A stretch of DNA of 64,000 bases from assembly GCA_964188305.1 (NCBI GenBank), contig OZ076894.1. One strand, given 5' to 3'. The translations under genes and the position numbers were made by a program. This stretch comes from Podarcis bocagei (Eukaryota). Of the stretch, positions 1-12,830 are shown in pieces; positions within the stretch are counted from its first letter, which is position 1, and each line of letters starts with the position of its first letter. The notes beneath the pieces were generated by a model. The model did not search any database, was not told where the DNA came from, and saw only the letters and a list, made by a program, of their open reading frames with translations.

Positions 1-1369
1 AACATGATGCTCTGCAGTTCCTTTAATGTGCTCCTGGATCTGTTTGCTATTGGAAACGGGTGATATACACCTGTAGTTTTGGAGAAATCCATGTCAGCCC
101 ATTCCCTTCCCCCTTTGAATCTTAATTTAAATAGGACCATGTACAGGCATCTCTTTTTAAAAGCAAGCAAGACTGGATCCCTCAGGGACAGCTCTGATGC
201 GGTGTAGGAAACCAGGAACAAAATGAATTTCAATCAAAAGTAAATATATAATAGTGTAATGAAATAGCCATGGAATTGTCCTGAACTAAGGGTAGAATAG
301 CATCATTCCCTCAATCAACAGATGGATGAAGCACTCTTTTTGACCCTTATTAGACCCATTTCCTGGACATATGACTGTAATAAATATGCAATTAAGTTTT
401 ACTGTATTGCTGTTTGATGGCTAGCAGTGATGCCTGCTCAAAACATCCAGCAGCTATTCAAACGCCCACACACCTGACAAAGTGGCTGGAATAAGAGTTA
501 TAGGAGCAGAAATTGGTCTTTTTTGGGTGATTTGTTTGATTTTTGTATGAATTTGGAGATAGTGCTGAAGGTGATGCTGTTACTTCTAATTGTACAGAAG
601 AGAATAACATGATAGGCCAATTCCAGATTCCTGAACAAAAGCTCTACATACCTCCCAAAAGTGTGGGAAAGCCCTAAAAGTATGACAAGGATGGATGAGA
701 ACCTATATATGCATCTAAAGCAGTTTCTGGCTGTACACTACTTACATTATGTAAAATAAATTGAAATATATTTATCTTCTCATTGTAAAGCTTTTAATTG
801 AGCTCCTCTTGTACTGTTGATGTGTTAAATATGTATATACGTGTATACCGTTAAAACAAGTTATACAGAAATGCATTTTTGCTAAAAATAAAAATGCCCA
901 TTAAAAAGTCTTCATATTTTAAAATTCAGTTGCCACCAGGAACTGTTATGTGGTATTTAGGCATAGTGAATTACTGAGCACTGTCCCCATAAGCACAACA
1001 CAAACTCTTCTCTTCCTTTTTTCCCTTGGCCGTAGAGAAATCTGCTGCAGGCCTGCCAGGAAGCTATGTAGAATCCTATAAGTCTTTCTACAAGGAAGCC
1101 TAAATTTGGCAGCGGGTATTCAACTGAAAATCAGGGTTTCATTTCATAAGAAATTTTTATAAACTGAACAAATGGAGGCAATTTATTTCATTCATTTCTT
1201 GTACAGAAATGAATGCCAGATTTATGAATAAGGGCGCTTTGTCTGTATTTTGCAGAAGGGTTTCTAATGCATATTGGGAAATTTAAGTTTTTGCAATCAA
1301 AATGTTCTGTTTCCCAAGCATAACGAATCCACTTTAAAAAAGCAGACTTTTTGCAGTTGGGAAAGTGAT

Positions 1370-1969
1370 GGGAGGTTGCCCCTCCTCTTTAAGGGTATTC
1401 CATTAAAGGGATCCAGGGGTGTGGATCTCTTCTGAAGCCTGGGTATGGGCTAGGGCTCTCAGTTGATGTACATTGGAGTTGGCAAGGTTTTACCTGCCTG
1501 GACCCATCAAGTCCCGTGCAGATTTCTCAGTGGGCCAGATTGCGTGCACGTGCGTGATTTTCGGTGTCTGCTCACACACGATTTCTGGCACCGTGGAAGC
1601 AAGTTCCCATGCCACGCCGGTTTAGCACAGCATGCGGGGACTCACCAAACAGGTGGCTCGGTCTGGGGGTGTCTCGTGGGCTGGCTAAACTGCCCCCATG
1701 GGCCACTTGCAGCCCACGGGCCGCAGGTTGCCGACCCCCAATGTACATCAACAGGGCTCCCCCTACTGGTGGTTGACGCTTACTAGACTACCTGCATGGC
1801 ACAGAAGGAATCAGATATAGTTGGTTCAATTCCAGTGCCTAAGCCAATGCCACTCACATTCTGTAACCAATAAAGTTGTGGCCTTTTTAGCCCATTAACC
1901 TAAAATACTAGTGTCCATGTGTTTCATTATTCAACAAAATGGGGGAGGGCTCAGGGTCTTGACACGCAA
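1370..1969 (+). mobile_element. Degenerate DIRS/Ngaro-like non-coding element, 3' part (related to 25125-25938)
   Basis: Shares ordered landmarks with the 25.1-25.9 kb element: TGCCT(A/G)AGCCAA, CACATT, AATA(A/T)AGTTGTGGCC, TCATTATT, a G-run and terminal CACGCAA. The left boundary is approximate and the class assignment is inference. Confidence 0.45.
1474..1740. mobile_element. hAT-type MITE
   Basis: Imperfect TIRs TGGAGTTGGCAA / TTGCCGACCCCCA. 8-bp TSD ATGTACAT at 1466-1473 and 1741-1748. Confidence 0.75.
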
Positions 1970-2242
1970 GAAAATAAGGATGAGCACTCATTGTGGTGTA
2001 GCTCCTCACCAAACAAATATGACAGGCTATTCAATAAAGACTGGATATCATCTAACCTCCCTATAAACATTGCGCAAGCAAATCAAGATGAATGGTTAGC
2101 AAATAGGGCATCTGGAGGAGCCCAGCATTCTGAATGTCACATATCCATTTGTTCCTCATTCATACTCATTCAGAGTTCAGATGGTGGTTCCAATGAATGG
2201 AGGAGGGAAAGGGGGAGTGAAATTACAAACTGCACAACCTTC

Positions 2243-3379
2243 TTCTTTTTTTAAAAAAATAATTTTTATTAACCGACCAATCAAATCACATCACATCACA
2301 TCACATAAATTCCGAATTACAAAGCCGAATTTTAATTTTTTTGTTGGGGGGACCCATATTTCAAGTTCCGAAGGGGATTCCAATCATCATCTTGCTGCTG
2401 CGTTAATATCCACAATATCTACAAATCTGTCCAAATAATATTCATAATTCTATCCAGTCTTATCTTGCTGTTCCTACATCTCATCTTATTCATATATTTT
2501 TCTTTTTTCTTTATGATCTCTTCTGATAATCTCCTTAAGCAAGTAAACACTAGTTATAATCCTGTGTGGATTTTTCCGTTCGTCCAATCACCATATCGAG
2601 ATGGTTTCCATATATCATCACTTCCATAAATAAAAGCACACTTTCCATCATTAATCTTCGCAAATCTGTCGCCTTCTTTAGTCCCACTGAGGAGGCTCGC
2701 CCACATATGAAAACAGATCCATTCCTCCTCCCAGAAATAAGTCTTTCGACAGAACTTGCCAAAATGGCGATGCTATTTTTTACTGCGTCATCCCAAAGCT
2801 CTTATACTCTCCACAATCTCCTTAAAACATGCTTTTGGTTAGAAAATTATCTCCACACAGTCTTAAATCATCAGCTTAGGTCATTTAAGCGGCATTTCTG
2901 ACTTGTGTGGGGGGAATTCTTGGTTAATCACATAGAGAAAAGAAAGGAAAGTCCCCCCCCCATCCAGTCCCGTTGCCGACATACCGAGCCTTGGTGTGTC
3001 TTCTCATGATAAATTCCTGTTTATCCGACCCGTCTTCTTTCTCAGAGATCTCTTCAATTAGCAGTCTTTACTCCCCATTCTTCCTTGAAATATGTGCATT
3101 AGCTTCCTCCTAATTGTTTCTTTTGAAGTTGCTGCAGCTAGAGGCGTGAATCAGAGACAGCGTCCAGGAGCGCCGAAGTCCACAAAAGGGCTTTCTGCCT
3201 AGTGCCCCCACCCCCTCAAATTCGGGGGTGGTATAGGGCACAGCAGGCAAGGGCAGTTCCCCCCACCCGCTTGGGGGGGCCAGGAGGCTGCTTACTCCCA
3301 TCACAGCCTCTTAATTACCTCGTGTGGGTCAGAGAGATGTTATTGTAGACCATCTTCCAATGCGCCCCTAGTGGCCCCC
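2243..3379 (-). mobile_element. Non-autonomous, probably L1-mobilised retroelement (~1.14 kb)
   Basis: 17-bp TSD CAAACTGCACAACCTTC at 2226-2242 and 3380-3396. On the minus strand: GC-rich 5' end (GGGGGCCACTAGGGGCGCATTGGAAGATGG), purine-rich body, AATAAA and an A-rich tail. No RT-coding sequence seen. Confidence 0.75.
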
Positions 3380-4109
3380 CAAACTGCACAACCTTCAACT
3401 CAAATATATTTTAGCAAAAATATCCAACATTCTGCAAGGACTTCGGGCTGGAACTTTTCCTGTCCCCATGTACCCTCTAAATCTGTTCTGAGGGTTTCTC
3501 CAACCCTCTGGAGAAGATGTGGGGGAGGTGCAGGGGTACACAGAGAGAGGAGCAAAGGAAGTTCTGTTGTGCAAATGGCAATCCCTGTGCTAATGGAACT
3601 ACTTCATTCGACAACACCCTGACTTGCCCAATAGAGCCACCATTTCTTTGTGAGTCTAGCTGTATGGCTTTCTAAGTTGCCTACAAAACAGGAACCTTAT
3701 GTTGGAAATTTGGCAGGTCTAACCCCCTGCAAGGGTAATTGCCCGAGAGCAAAAAATTGCCCTCTTTCCTGTCGTCTGTGAGCCCAGGTAGATGTGATGT
3801 TAAATGCACATTTGTATTCCATATCCATATTTTAAAAATGCAGATGACAGCTGCTGGGGAAAGCCAACAATTACGGAGACTGCTGGAGTAGGAGTTTCAC
3901 GCTTTCCTCCACTGTTGGAAATCACTCCTCCAGAGCTGCTCTTTGCCTTGAGAAGGAGGTTAGCAAAAATTTGCCCACCCTACATATGAAATAGAGGAAC
4001 TCCTTTCCTTTTTCACAAAAGGAAATTGTGCTCAGTGCTACCTTTATCTGGTTCTCAGGACTGCACTGTGCATTCTGGCACCACCTTTTTAGTGATTGTC
4101 ACTGCCATA

Positions 4110-4260
4110 GAATCATAAATTTGGGCAGGCTGCCTAGTCCCCTCCCCTGCTTGATGCAGAAAATCCAGAGCTAGAGCATCACCAACAGATGGCTATCTAA
4201 GGAGGGGGAGCTCATCACCCCTTTAGGTAGTTGGTTCCATTGTCAAGCTTCTCTTGCCCA
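4110..4260 (-). mobile_element. CR1 LINE 3' fragment
   Basis: CATAGAATCATA tail and the GGTTCCATTGT block, similar to 29117-29540. Confidence 0.5.
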
Positions 4261-7250
4261 TCTCAGTCGCTGATAGAAATGTTGATGGGTTGGACAGAGC
4301 CATGCTCAAAATAGGTCATGTGTTTCATGGGCAGAACCCTACATGCAAGTAACTGTATGTGTGGTGGCTCTGTTCAGATGTTCAACCAATATAAGTATTG
4401 TTTATGGACTCTGCTGTTTTTCTGCCTATGTATGTGAATTGCATCTGAAGACCTGAATGGGGCTTACATATCATATCACACACAGTGCCTTCATGAAGAT
4501 GTTTTAAAATTGTTTTATCTGTTTTTAATTGTTTTGAAAGGGTTTTAGTATGTTTTTATTTTGTTCTGGATATTGTTGTTTTTAATTATTGCTTTATTAC
4601 TGATGTGTTTGCTGCCTTGGGCTCCTTTGTGAGGAAGGGAAGGATATAAATTTAATAAAACAAAATAGAGGCCCTTTTAATTATGAATGGTTCCCCCCCA
4701 GCCATTATTTCATTTGGGGAAGGGGGAAGGGGCCTGGGAGCCATTGTCATAACAGCCTTTGGATGATTTTAGATTCTCTATCACTGGATCAATACCTATT
4801 GACTGAGAAAGGGCTTATGGCACACCGTGGGGGGACAACCCTGGGAATTATTATTACCTTGTACAACCTGCACTAAATATGTTATGTACCTAAGTTGTGT
4901 ACCTGCCGACTACCTGTTTGGCCTCTTTTATGAATGCTAAGCTCACAAAGATTCAGAATCAATAAAAACAATTTCTGCAGGGAAAGGAGAAATGTTATTA
5001 GGGAAGTTGAAATATGTTTTTGCATTAAAGTGTCTCTTTTCCTAGATTATATGGATATTTTGGAAACAGGACTGCCCACGTTCAAAAATAAAACAAAATC
5101 CTCCAACGTACTATAAAACTTCTTTCTCCAGGAGAGCAGACTATGTAGAAGAGAGAAAATGGTTTTCTGGTGAAGTAAATGTACAACAAACAACATTGTG
5201 TACACTAATTCTGGGCTGAAGGCTGCTCTCTGCAGGGAATGAATAATGGCAGGGCAGCCATCTAACAGCACCATCTAACTTTCACGTGAAAGCTCCAATA
5301 TCAATGAATTTGCTCCTAAGCGCCTTCTGTGGTTTCTGAGATGCCGCGGCTGTAGCCTGATATTCTACCCAATGGTAAAATTAGTAGAACTTGAGTTCTT
5401 GAACTCTTGGGGTGAAACTAGACCTGCAGCACCAAGGAAAAGGTCACAAAGAAGTTAGCAAGATTTTGAGTTCATCAAAACTCTTCGCCGGAGCAGATGA
5501 TACACATAAAAAGAAAGGAAAGGAGCGGGGAAAGACTGTTTTAGAGCAAGATGGAGAAATGCTTTTCAGGTTGAAATGCTTTTTAAGACAGAATGGTGGA
5601 GGTTTTACGCAGACCTAGTTGGTTCTGGTCAATGTTATCCTACTTCTAATGGGCCAGCATCACTATGTGAAATCTTGTAGACTACTTATTATCCCAGTTT
5701 ACTACACATGCTTATGCTACACAGAAACCATTAACTGTTTCCAATGACTAAGGAAGTTTACATTGTTTTCCACATGTAAAATTTGCCATGGAGCATCCTT
5801 GTATTTTCTTAAGTAGGTGAGGTTGAATTTTATCTGTGTTCTCATCCACTGCCAATAATAATGCCCATTTTGGATTCCTTTATGCACCTTGCAATGGCAT
5901 CCCTTGTATACTGGTCACACCATCTGTATGCTCATATGAAGTAGGCTTGACATGTAACTTTTTTTTTTTTTTTGCATGCTTCTTGTCCATTTTTCACTAT
6001 GGAGAAGGGTGTAGATGAAAATGCCATGCAGAGATGGAAAATGTTTCAACCTAAATGAATTCAAAATGCACTTAATTCTAAAACTGCTCTAAAAACCTTT
6101 TCTTGCCAGATTATTGATTTAAAAAGATAGTTGGCAGAGGCTTTCTGATTCCTGAGCAAAATCTTCCCCAGAAATTGTTAATTATGATTGTTAATTGCAA
6201 TTGTTAAGACCAAAAAGGTTACCAGCCTTTATTATCCACACACTCCATCATGCATAGATTTGGTCTGATTTCTTATCTGGGGACAGAGCTGGCTCATTTG
6301 TGTAGCTTGCTTTTATGGGTGATTTAAATGTATTTGCTTGCTTGGAAGTCTGATCCTGAAAACTAACACAAATCTAATCACCCAGGTTATAAAAGCAATC
6401 AGGATAGATTCCATGTTTGCTTATTTTACCAAAATCCATGCAGTGACGGTTGTGTCCACACCCCACACAATCTCTTTGGGAATGCAAGCACTAACACACT
6501 GCAGCAATGGACAACACTTTCAAAATAATAAATCTCAGTGTGGAGACGATTTTAATTGCTTCACATTTGGGAGCTGCATTTTAAGGAGACATACAGATCC
6601 CATTCCAGTAGCAGTGGTGTGTGAGGAAAGCCCGATTATGGATTTTGCATTAACATCCTATTTTGTAGAAACCCCGTTCTCTTCATTAACAAAACATAGT
6701 CCTGATTTGTTTCATGGCATTGCTGCTCTTTTGATTTATGAGTCTGTTATTGTAAGAATTGATTACTGCAACTCTGTTTGAGCTGGTTTTGCTATAAATA
6801 ACTATGTGCCACATTTAATAGGTTTTCCAAACAATTCATGTTCACCTGATATGGGTCAGGAAGCCTAGTAATATTTCTTCATTTCCCTCTTAGGCTTCAA
6901 AATATCCATGTTTACTAGCTGATAATGTTTAAAAATCTTGAGAATGGGTTCCAGGGGTTTGTTGTTGTTTTTTGTCCTTTATGTCAGATAATCTCAGTAT
7001 CATTTTAATTCGCTTGTTAAATAGCTTCTTTTCCTGTTCTCTGCCATAAGCCTTTTTTTTTAAGACAGACTTTTAGCTTACAGTGGAAGAAATATTCATT
7101 CACAAAGAATAGCACCTTAGGCTCCTTATTTCTAGATTTCATATAGACAGATTAATGAAACTTAACCATTTTTCTTCCAAATAAATAGTAAGTCACACAT
7201 TATGAAATTATCAGGCCACTCTGGGTGTCACCAAATAAATAAGTTTTGCT

Positions 7251-7422
7251 GGGGAAGGGCCACCGCTCAGTGGTTAGAGCAACTGCTTTGCACACAGAAG
7301 GGGCCAGATTCAATCCCTGGTGCCTCCAGGAAGGCTGGGAAAGAGCTCTCGAGAGCTGCCACTGCCAGTCAGTGTAGACAGCACTAAGCTAGATGGATCA
7401 GTGTAGGGCACCTTCCTGTTCT
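7251..7422 (+). mobile_element. tRNA-derived SINE
   Basis: A-box-like GCTCAGTGGTTAGAGC and B-box-like GATTCAATCCC. A related copy lies at 43788-44130. Confidence 0.7.
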
Positions 7423-7424
7423 GC

Positions 7425-7715
7425 AGTAAAGGCTGGCGGGGTATAAGGCAGAAAGACCAAAGTAGGCGGAGCCAGAGCTAATGACTTGTGCAATCACAGC
7501 CAATGACAGGCAGAGCCAACTAATTCTAATTTTGTCCCCACTGCCCTCCCTGCCGAGTTCTGCAAGGGCCACACTGGACTGAGGAGAAGGAAGCTGACAG
7601 CCAATGCTGGACCAGTTATAAGTAAGAAGGCAAGCAGGTGGGGGCTGGCTGAGAGGAGACCGAGATGGGTGGGGTAGCATGCCTTTCACCCTAATGGACC
7701 ACTCTCTCCTGGTAC
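7425..7715. repeat. Unclassified interspersed repeat; inverted copy at ~17575-17850
   Basis: GCAGAGCCAACTAATTCTAATTTTGTCCCCA is nearly the reverse complement of TGGGGACAAAATTAGAATTTGCTGGCTCTGC near 17750. Confidence 0.55.
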
Positions 7716-7992
7716 TCTGGATGTGCAGAGAAATTGTCTGGGGTTCCGTGCTACAGATGGTATTCCTCCACCTGATTTTGGGTGATTCTGCACTCTCTCA
7801 GTTAGGGATAGGAGAGGAAGTCTGATGTTCATGTGAACTGACCTGATTTGCACTTTGCAATACAATATGAAAACCAGAAAAAGCTAACCTTCAAAATCCG
7901 CTTGTCTCCAGATTTTGTGGCATGGTTTCCCAGCCAAATAATTTTTACCGACATGTTATGGGAAAGTGTGGATTAAAATGTGTGTACATCAA

Positions 7993-9226
7993 TGGCAGAA
8001 GGATATTTCGAAATTTGTTTGGCAGGGTAAAAAGCCCCGAATAAAATTTAACTGATGCAAAAGAAAGAGGGGGGTTTGCCCTGCCAGACTTAAGGTTATA
8101 TTATGAAGCTGCAGCCTTCTGCTGGATGAAAGATTGGTTACTTTTAGAGAACACTGATGTCCTGGATCTGGAAGGGTTTCATAATTCTTTAGGATGGCAT
8201 GCATATCTGTGGTACGACAAGGTAAAGACTCATAAAATGTTCAAAAACCATATTGTCAGAAAAGCAATATTTATGGTCTGGACAAAATACAAAGACTTAC
8301 TAGAAGGTAAGACCCCGAGGTGGTTATCACCAGTGGAGGCCAAGGCCCGAAAAAACCCCAATATGGAGGCCGGCTGGCTGAAATATGGGGAAATAATAGA
8401 AAAAAATGGTGACAATTGGAGGTTACAGAGCTATGAAAAATTAAAGCATAAGGTGCAAGACTGGTTTCATTATGCTCAAATTCAAGAGGTTTTTAAGTTG
8501 GACAAAAAAACAGGATTCCAGGTGGAAAAATCGAAATTAGAGACAGAACTGTTAGAACCAAAGGCTAAGGTACTCTCGAGAATGTATAACTTGCTGCTTA
8601 AATGGAACACTCAGGATGAGACAGTCAAATCAGCCATGATAAAATGGGCTCAAGACATTGGGTACAACATTATGTTTGAAGACTGGGAAAGGTTATGGAC
8701 CACCGGTATGAAATTCACGGCATGTAGTGCCTTGAAAGAAAATATTATGAAAATGATATACAGGTGGTACATGACCCCAGTCAAGCTTGCTAAAATATAC
8801 CATTTGTCTGATAATAAATGTTGGAAATGTAAGGAGGCTGAAGGGACATTCTTTCACCTCTGGTGGACCTGTCCAAAAGTGAAGGCCTTCTGGGAAATGA
8901 TCTACAATGAATTTAAAAAGGTATTTAAGTATACCTTTCCCAAGAAACCAGAGGCCTTCCTTCTGGGCATTGTCGGCCAGAAAGTGTTAAAGAAGGATAG
9001 AACATTTTTTATGTATGCAACAACAGCAGCAAGAATACTTATCGCAAAGCACTGGAAGACACAAGATTTGCCCACACTGGAAGAGTGGCATACGCAATTG
9101 ATGGATTATATGGAATTGGCCGAAATGACTGGCAGAATCCGAGATTTGGGAGAAGAGATAATGGAGGAGGACTGGAAAAAATTTAAGGATTATTTACAAA
9201 AACATTATAAGTTATATGAATGTTAA
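7993..9226 (+). pseudogene. L1 ORF2p C-terminal remnant (post-RT region and Cys/His knuckle)
   Basis: WQKDISKFVWQGKKPRI, then a frameshift near 8050, then ERGGFALPDLRLYY and an open frame to 9226 including CWKC-x8-HLWWTC. Confidence 0.9.
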
Positions 9227-9592
9227 TAATTTGCATGATTTGGAAAATCAAGCTCCAGCAATAAGATTTTGTATATTGGAAATTAAGATATAACTATGAA
9301 AGGATTAAAGTTTAAAATAACACTGTATTTATTTTAGGGCAAAAACAAATTGATAATAAGTATTTTGAACCCAAAAGAGAATTATTTGAAAGTATTAATA
9401 ACACATGAAACAAGGTATTAATTTGCTGATATTTTTATTGTAAAGAAAGCAGGGTGAGGGAGACGTGGGGAAGTCCAGTTGGTTATGAAAAAATGTATTG
9501 GAAAGTTGGATTTCTTTTATTCTTCTTTTCTTCTTTCTTCTTTTGTTATCTGACTTTATATTTGTATCTGGAAAAAAGTAATAAAATAAAAA
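7993..9592 (+). mobile_element. 5'-truncated L1 LINE (young)
   Basis: 19-bp TSD TAAAATGTGTGTACATCAA at 7974-7992 and 9593-9611. Contains the ORF2 C-terminal region, a 3' UTR, AATAAA and an A-rich tail. Confidence 0.95.
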
Positions 9593-11107
9593 TAAAATGT
9601 GTGTACATCAAACTAAATTGCATCGAAAAATGTTTATACTGTATCAAGAGAAATTTGCACTAAAAGGCTGACAATTTTTCAGCCTTTGAAACTACAAGAG
9701 TCCCATTCACAATGAAGCAGAAATGTGGAGAAATGAACCTAAGGCTGGGGAAATGAGAAACAGGGAGAAACGAAATGTGACACATTCATCCATCCCCTGT
9801 ATGCCACTGTTCAGGATAACTGTAGACCTTAAATAGGATTTAGGAGGTGAGGCACAGGTAGCTGCAGAGGGAGAGGAGGGGACAGGAAACTTCTCTTCTG
9901 TGAACTTCCTTAAGTTAACATTTTAGGATCCAAGCCATTGTCTCTCAATTGAAATGAGCATAGAGCCAATGTATTCTTTGCTTCTTGTTCCCAGAGTGAT
10001 TTCTAAGCCATTAGTCTACCTGTCTTGCTGAGCCTTTAAAGATAGAGAAGGGGCTGGTGTGGTCCAGTCCAACTCAGGTTCAGCTGAGCTTTCCAAGGCT
10101 GGCTGTGTTGGTTTTAGAACGTACTTCAAAGGCAAAGTTGCTAGCATTTGCTGTGAGATGGATGTCACTGTGGAGACAGGATGAAAAGAGATGTCCCTGG
10201 GACCATCTGGTCCAAATGTACGGGATTAGTTTCTTTTGTTGCAGACAAGAATGTGGACAAGATGCTTGGATAGCATCTTTTTTGGGGCGAATGCTGCCTT
10301 TCTCCCCCCCTTTTTTTGGTAGAGTTGAAGCATAAAGGTTGGAACAATGATTTCCATGCCAATTAGGAGCTCAGCAATGTTTACTGAGGAGATGACTCAT
10401 TTTATTGCCCAATATGTTTCTTTTAGTAAAAGGTTGAGGACTCTGGACGTTCTCCCTAGGAAGGCTGGTTGGGGCTTGTTTGTCATGGTTCTCTACAGCC
10501 CAAGGCGCTACCTGCATTAAGCAGGCTCCTGGAAGGGTTTGCACAAGTTTTATGGCTGGTTTAATGGCCTACCTCGGGTGCTCTTCAAGCAGGGCTCTTA
10601 ATCTGACTCTCATTATAGCTCGACTGCATGAAATGATATGAAGCTCCAAGCTAGATGAATAGGTACTACATCTGCAAAATGAGCACTGTATTGAACTCTG
10701 GTCTTCCCTCTAGTACTGCACAACGAAGCTGTAGAGATGACTTATGAGGCAATTCGACTATATTAATTTAGATGACATGCTCTTCCTTCAGAAATAGCCA
10801 AGGCACTCTTCTGCCCACACTGCAAGTACATCTTGCTGATTCAGCAGAAGAACTGCTCCTCATTTCGCTGCCATAAATTTTAAGCAGCAGGCAGTAACAC
10901 ACACAGGGTCAAGGTTAATGTTGGTTTTTAAAACCAGGAGTTATGTTGTCATGTTGTATTGACCTTTCGGTGGTTGTTGGGGGTTAAGAGCATTAATTGC
11001 CCATGTATCATGCTATTTCAATTAAGGACGAGTTTTCTAGCAAACTAAAAGTAATGCACAGGCTAGGAAAAAATGTCTCAACCTAGAAGTGTGGAAGATG
11101 CCTTAAA

Positions 11108-11400
11108 ACAATGGTGGGAACTTCTGGCCCATGGACCAAATCAGGCCCCACATTAGGCTGTCTCCCCAAACTACGCCCATCTACTCCACACATCATATGT
11201 GAGATCAGGTGTGGAGCAGGGAGACTTGCAGCTATAAAGGAACAATGGGGAGCTTTAAAGGGAACTCCTGATTGTTCCTTAACAAATAAGGTTTGCTGTC
11301 AGTGCCAATCAGCTGATCAGTGGTGATAGCAAGCCTCAGTAGGATTGGTTGTGCTATGGAGTGCCCAGTCATGAACTCCATAGCCCAGTTGATTCCTTCC
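11108..11400. mobile_element. Old non-autonomous DNA-transposon-like repeat; inverted relative at ~53430-53830
   Basis: Shared blocks GTGCCAATCA(G/A)CTGATCAGT and AAAGGAACAAT(G/T)GG(G)AG, with internal dyad symmetry. Confidence 0.45.
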
Positions 11401-12588
11401 CAAAGTGACATAGCTTCCAATTGTCCCAATTTTCCAGGGATAGTTCCAGAATCATGAAAGTGCCCCCAGCTTCTGATTTGATCCCGGAATGTCCCTATTT
11501 CTCCCTACCAGTGCTACCGCTGCTGAGCTCAGGGAGGAGGATCAGCTGGTGAATGTCCTGAGCTGTTTAACTTATTGGTTGAATGGGGGGGTGGGAGGAA
11601 TGCTAATTCCCACCACATTCCTAATGAAAATACCCTACTTCCTGTGAAGCTGCTGTTTTGCTCAAAAGCAGGATTGCGTGCGTTCAAAGAGTTTCATACA
11701 CATTACCCAAACAGTCCTCACAACAATCCTGCATTGCAGATGGTGTGGGAGAGCTGGGAGCCAAACTAGGTATGATGTGGATTGCATGAATGTAATAAAC
11801 TTTTTAAAAAAACATTAATAGCAGCCTCCCCCCCACCCAACAACAACAACAACATCAGGACCTAAGGGGATGGGTTGTGGGAGCAGTTTAACACTTTCCT
11901 CTTCTGTGAACCCAATAAAAATATCACCCCACCCCTGAAACTGCTGTTTGTATTGGAAGATAGCTCTCCATGCCTGGAACTGCAATAACAGCTGCTATTA
12001 TGTGGGTTAAAAAAAAATCTTGCAATTAACACCCTGAGGCTAAGAATAGGGGCTTGCCTGCCACTGTTCAGAGCTGAAGTTAGATTTGAGGCAGAGAATC
12101 ATCTGCCTCATATTCTTAAGGCTCAATTAAACATGATCTGGGAGATAATGTGAACAGTCTCTCCCATGCTTGTTTTTTCCTACTTCAAAGCAGCATATAG
12201 GGTTGGTTATGGGACTGGAGAAGCAGTGCCTGGAGACGAGTTAACACTTTCCAACTGCATAATTTCCCATATCTGAATAGTTCCTATTTGCCGAGGGTGG
12301 GGTGGGGGAAGAGACACACGCTCCACATAGAATCTTATAGGTTGGCATATTAGAACAAGGGTATGATACCCAAATATCAGCTTCAATGTGTGTGTGTGTA
12401 TTTATTTGTGTGTGTGTGTGTGTACATGGGAGTGGCATAAAAAAATAGCAGGCCCAGCTGGCTCCTTTGGAGTAAGAAGTCAAGTAAATACTGAGCAATG
12501 ATTCTTTCCTGCCTCGACTCTAGTTTGGTCTTTCAGTGCTATGTCAGCCTTTGGCATAATGTATTTCTCTCCACCTCCAACAATTATA

Positions 12589-12830
12589 CAGTGGTACCTT
12601 GTGTTACCAACGCTTTGGGTTACAAATGCTTCTGGATACAGACTCCGCTAACCCAGAAGTAGTATCTTGGGCGAAGAACTTTACTTCAGGATGAGAATAG
12701 AAATCGTGTGGCCAGGGTGCAGCAGCAGCAGGAGGCCCCATTAGTTAAAGTGTTACCTCAGGTTAAGAACAGTTTCAGGTTAAGAACGGACCTCCGGAAC
12801 GAATTAAGTTCTTAACCAGAGGTACCACTG
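12589..12830. mobile_element. TcMar/Tigger-like MITE
   Basis: TIRs CAGTGGTACCT / AGGTACCACTG with TA TSD. Same family as 33159-33400, in the opposite orientation. Confidence 0.9.

Larger units (their letters stand above)
7800..9798. repeat. Old interspersed repeat split by the L1 insertion; related pieces at ~28590-28730 and ~62695-63030 (inverted)
   Basis: Sequence on both sides of the L1 (7800-7992 and 9593-9798) matches blocks of the other copies, e.g. TCC(C/T)TTGAAATTC...CCAGCC and AAATGTGGA...GGGAAA. Confidence 0.5.

Noticed and set aside
3881-3936. Imperfect hairpin as a possible pre-miRNA
   Set aside because: The stem is short and bulged, and I do not recognise a mature miRNA sequence.
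6338-6781. 147-aa ORF
   Set aside because: TTG start, no recognisable domain, and consistent with a chance frame.
7251-7330. tRNA gene (also at 18170-18240 and 43790-43860)
   Set aside because: A and B boxes are present but run into SINE bodies. No intact cloverleaf.
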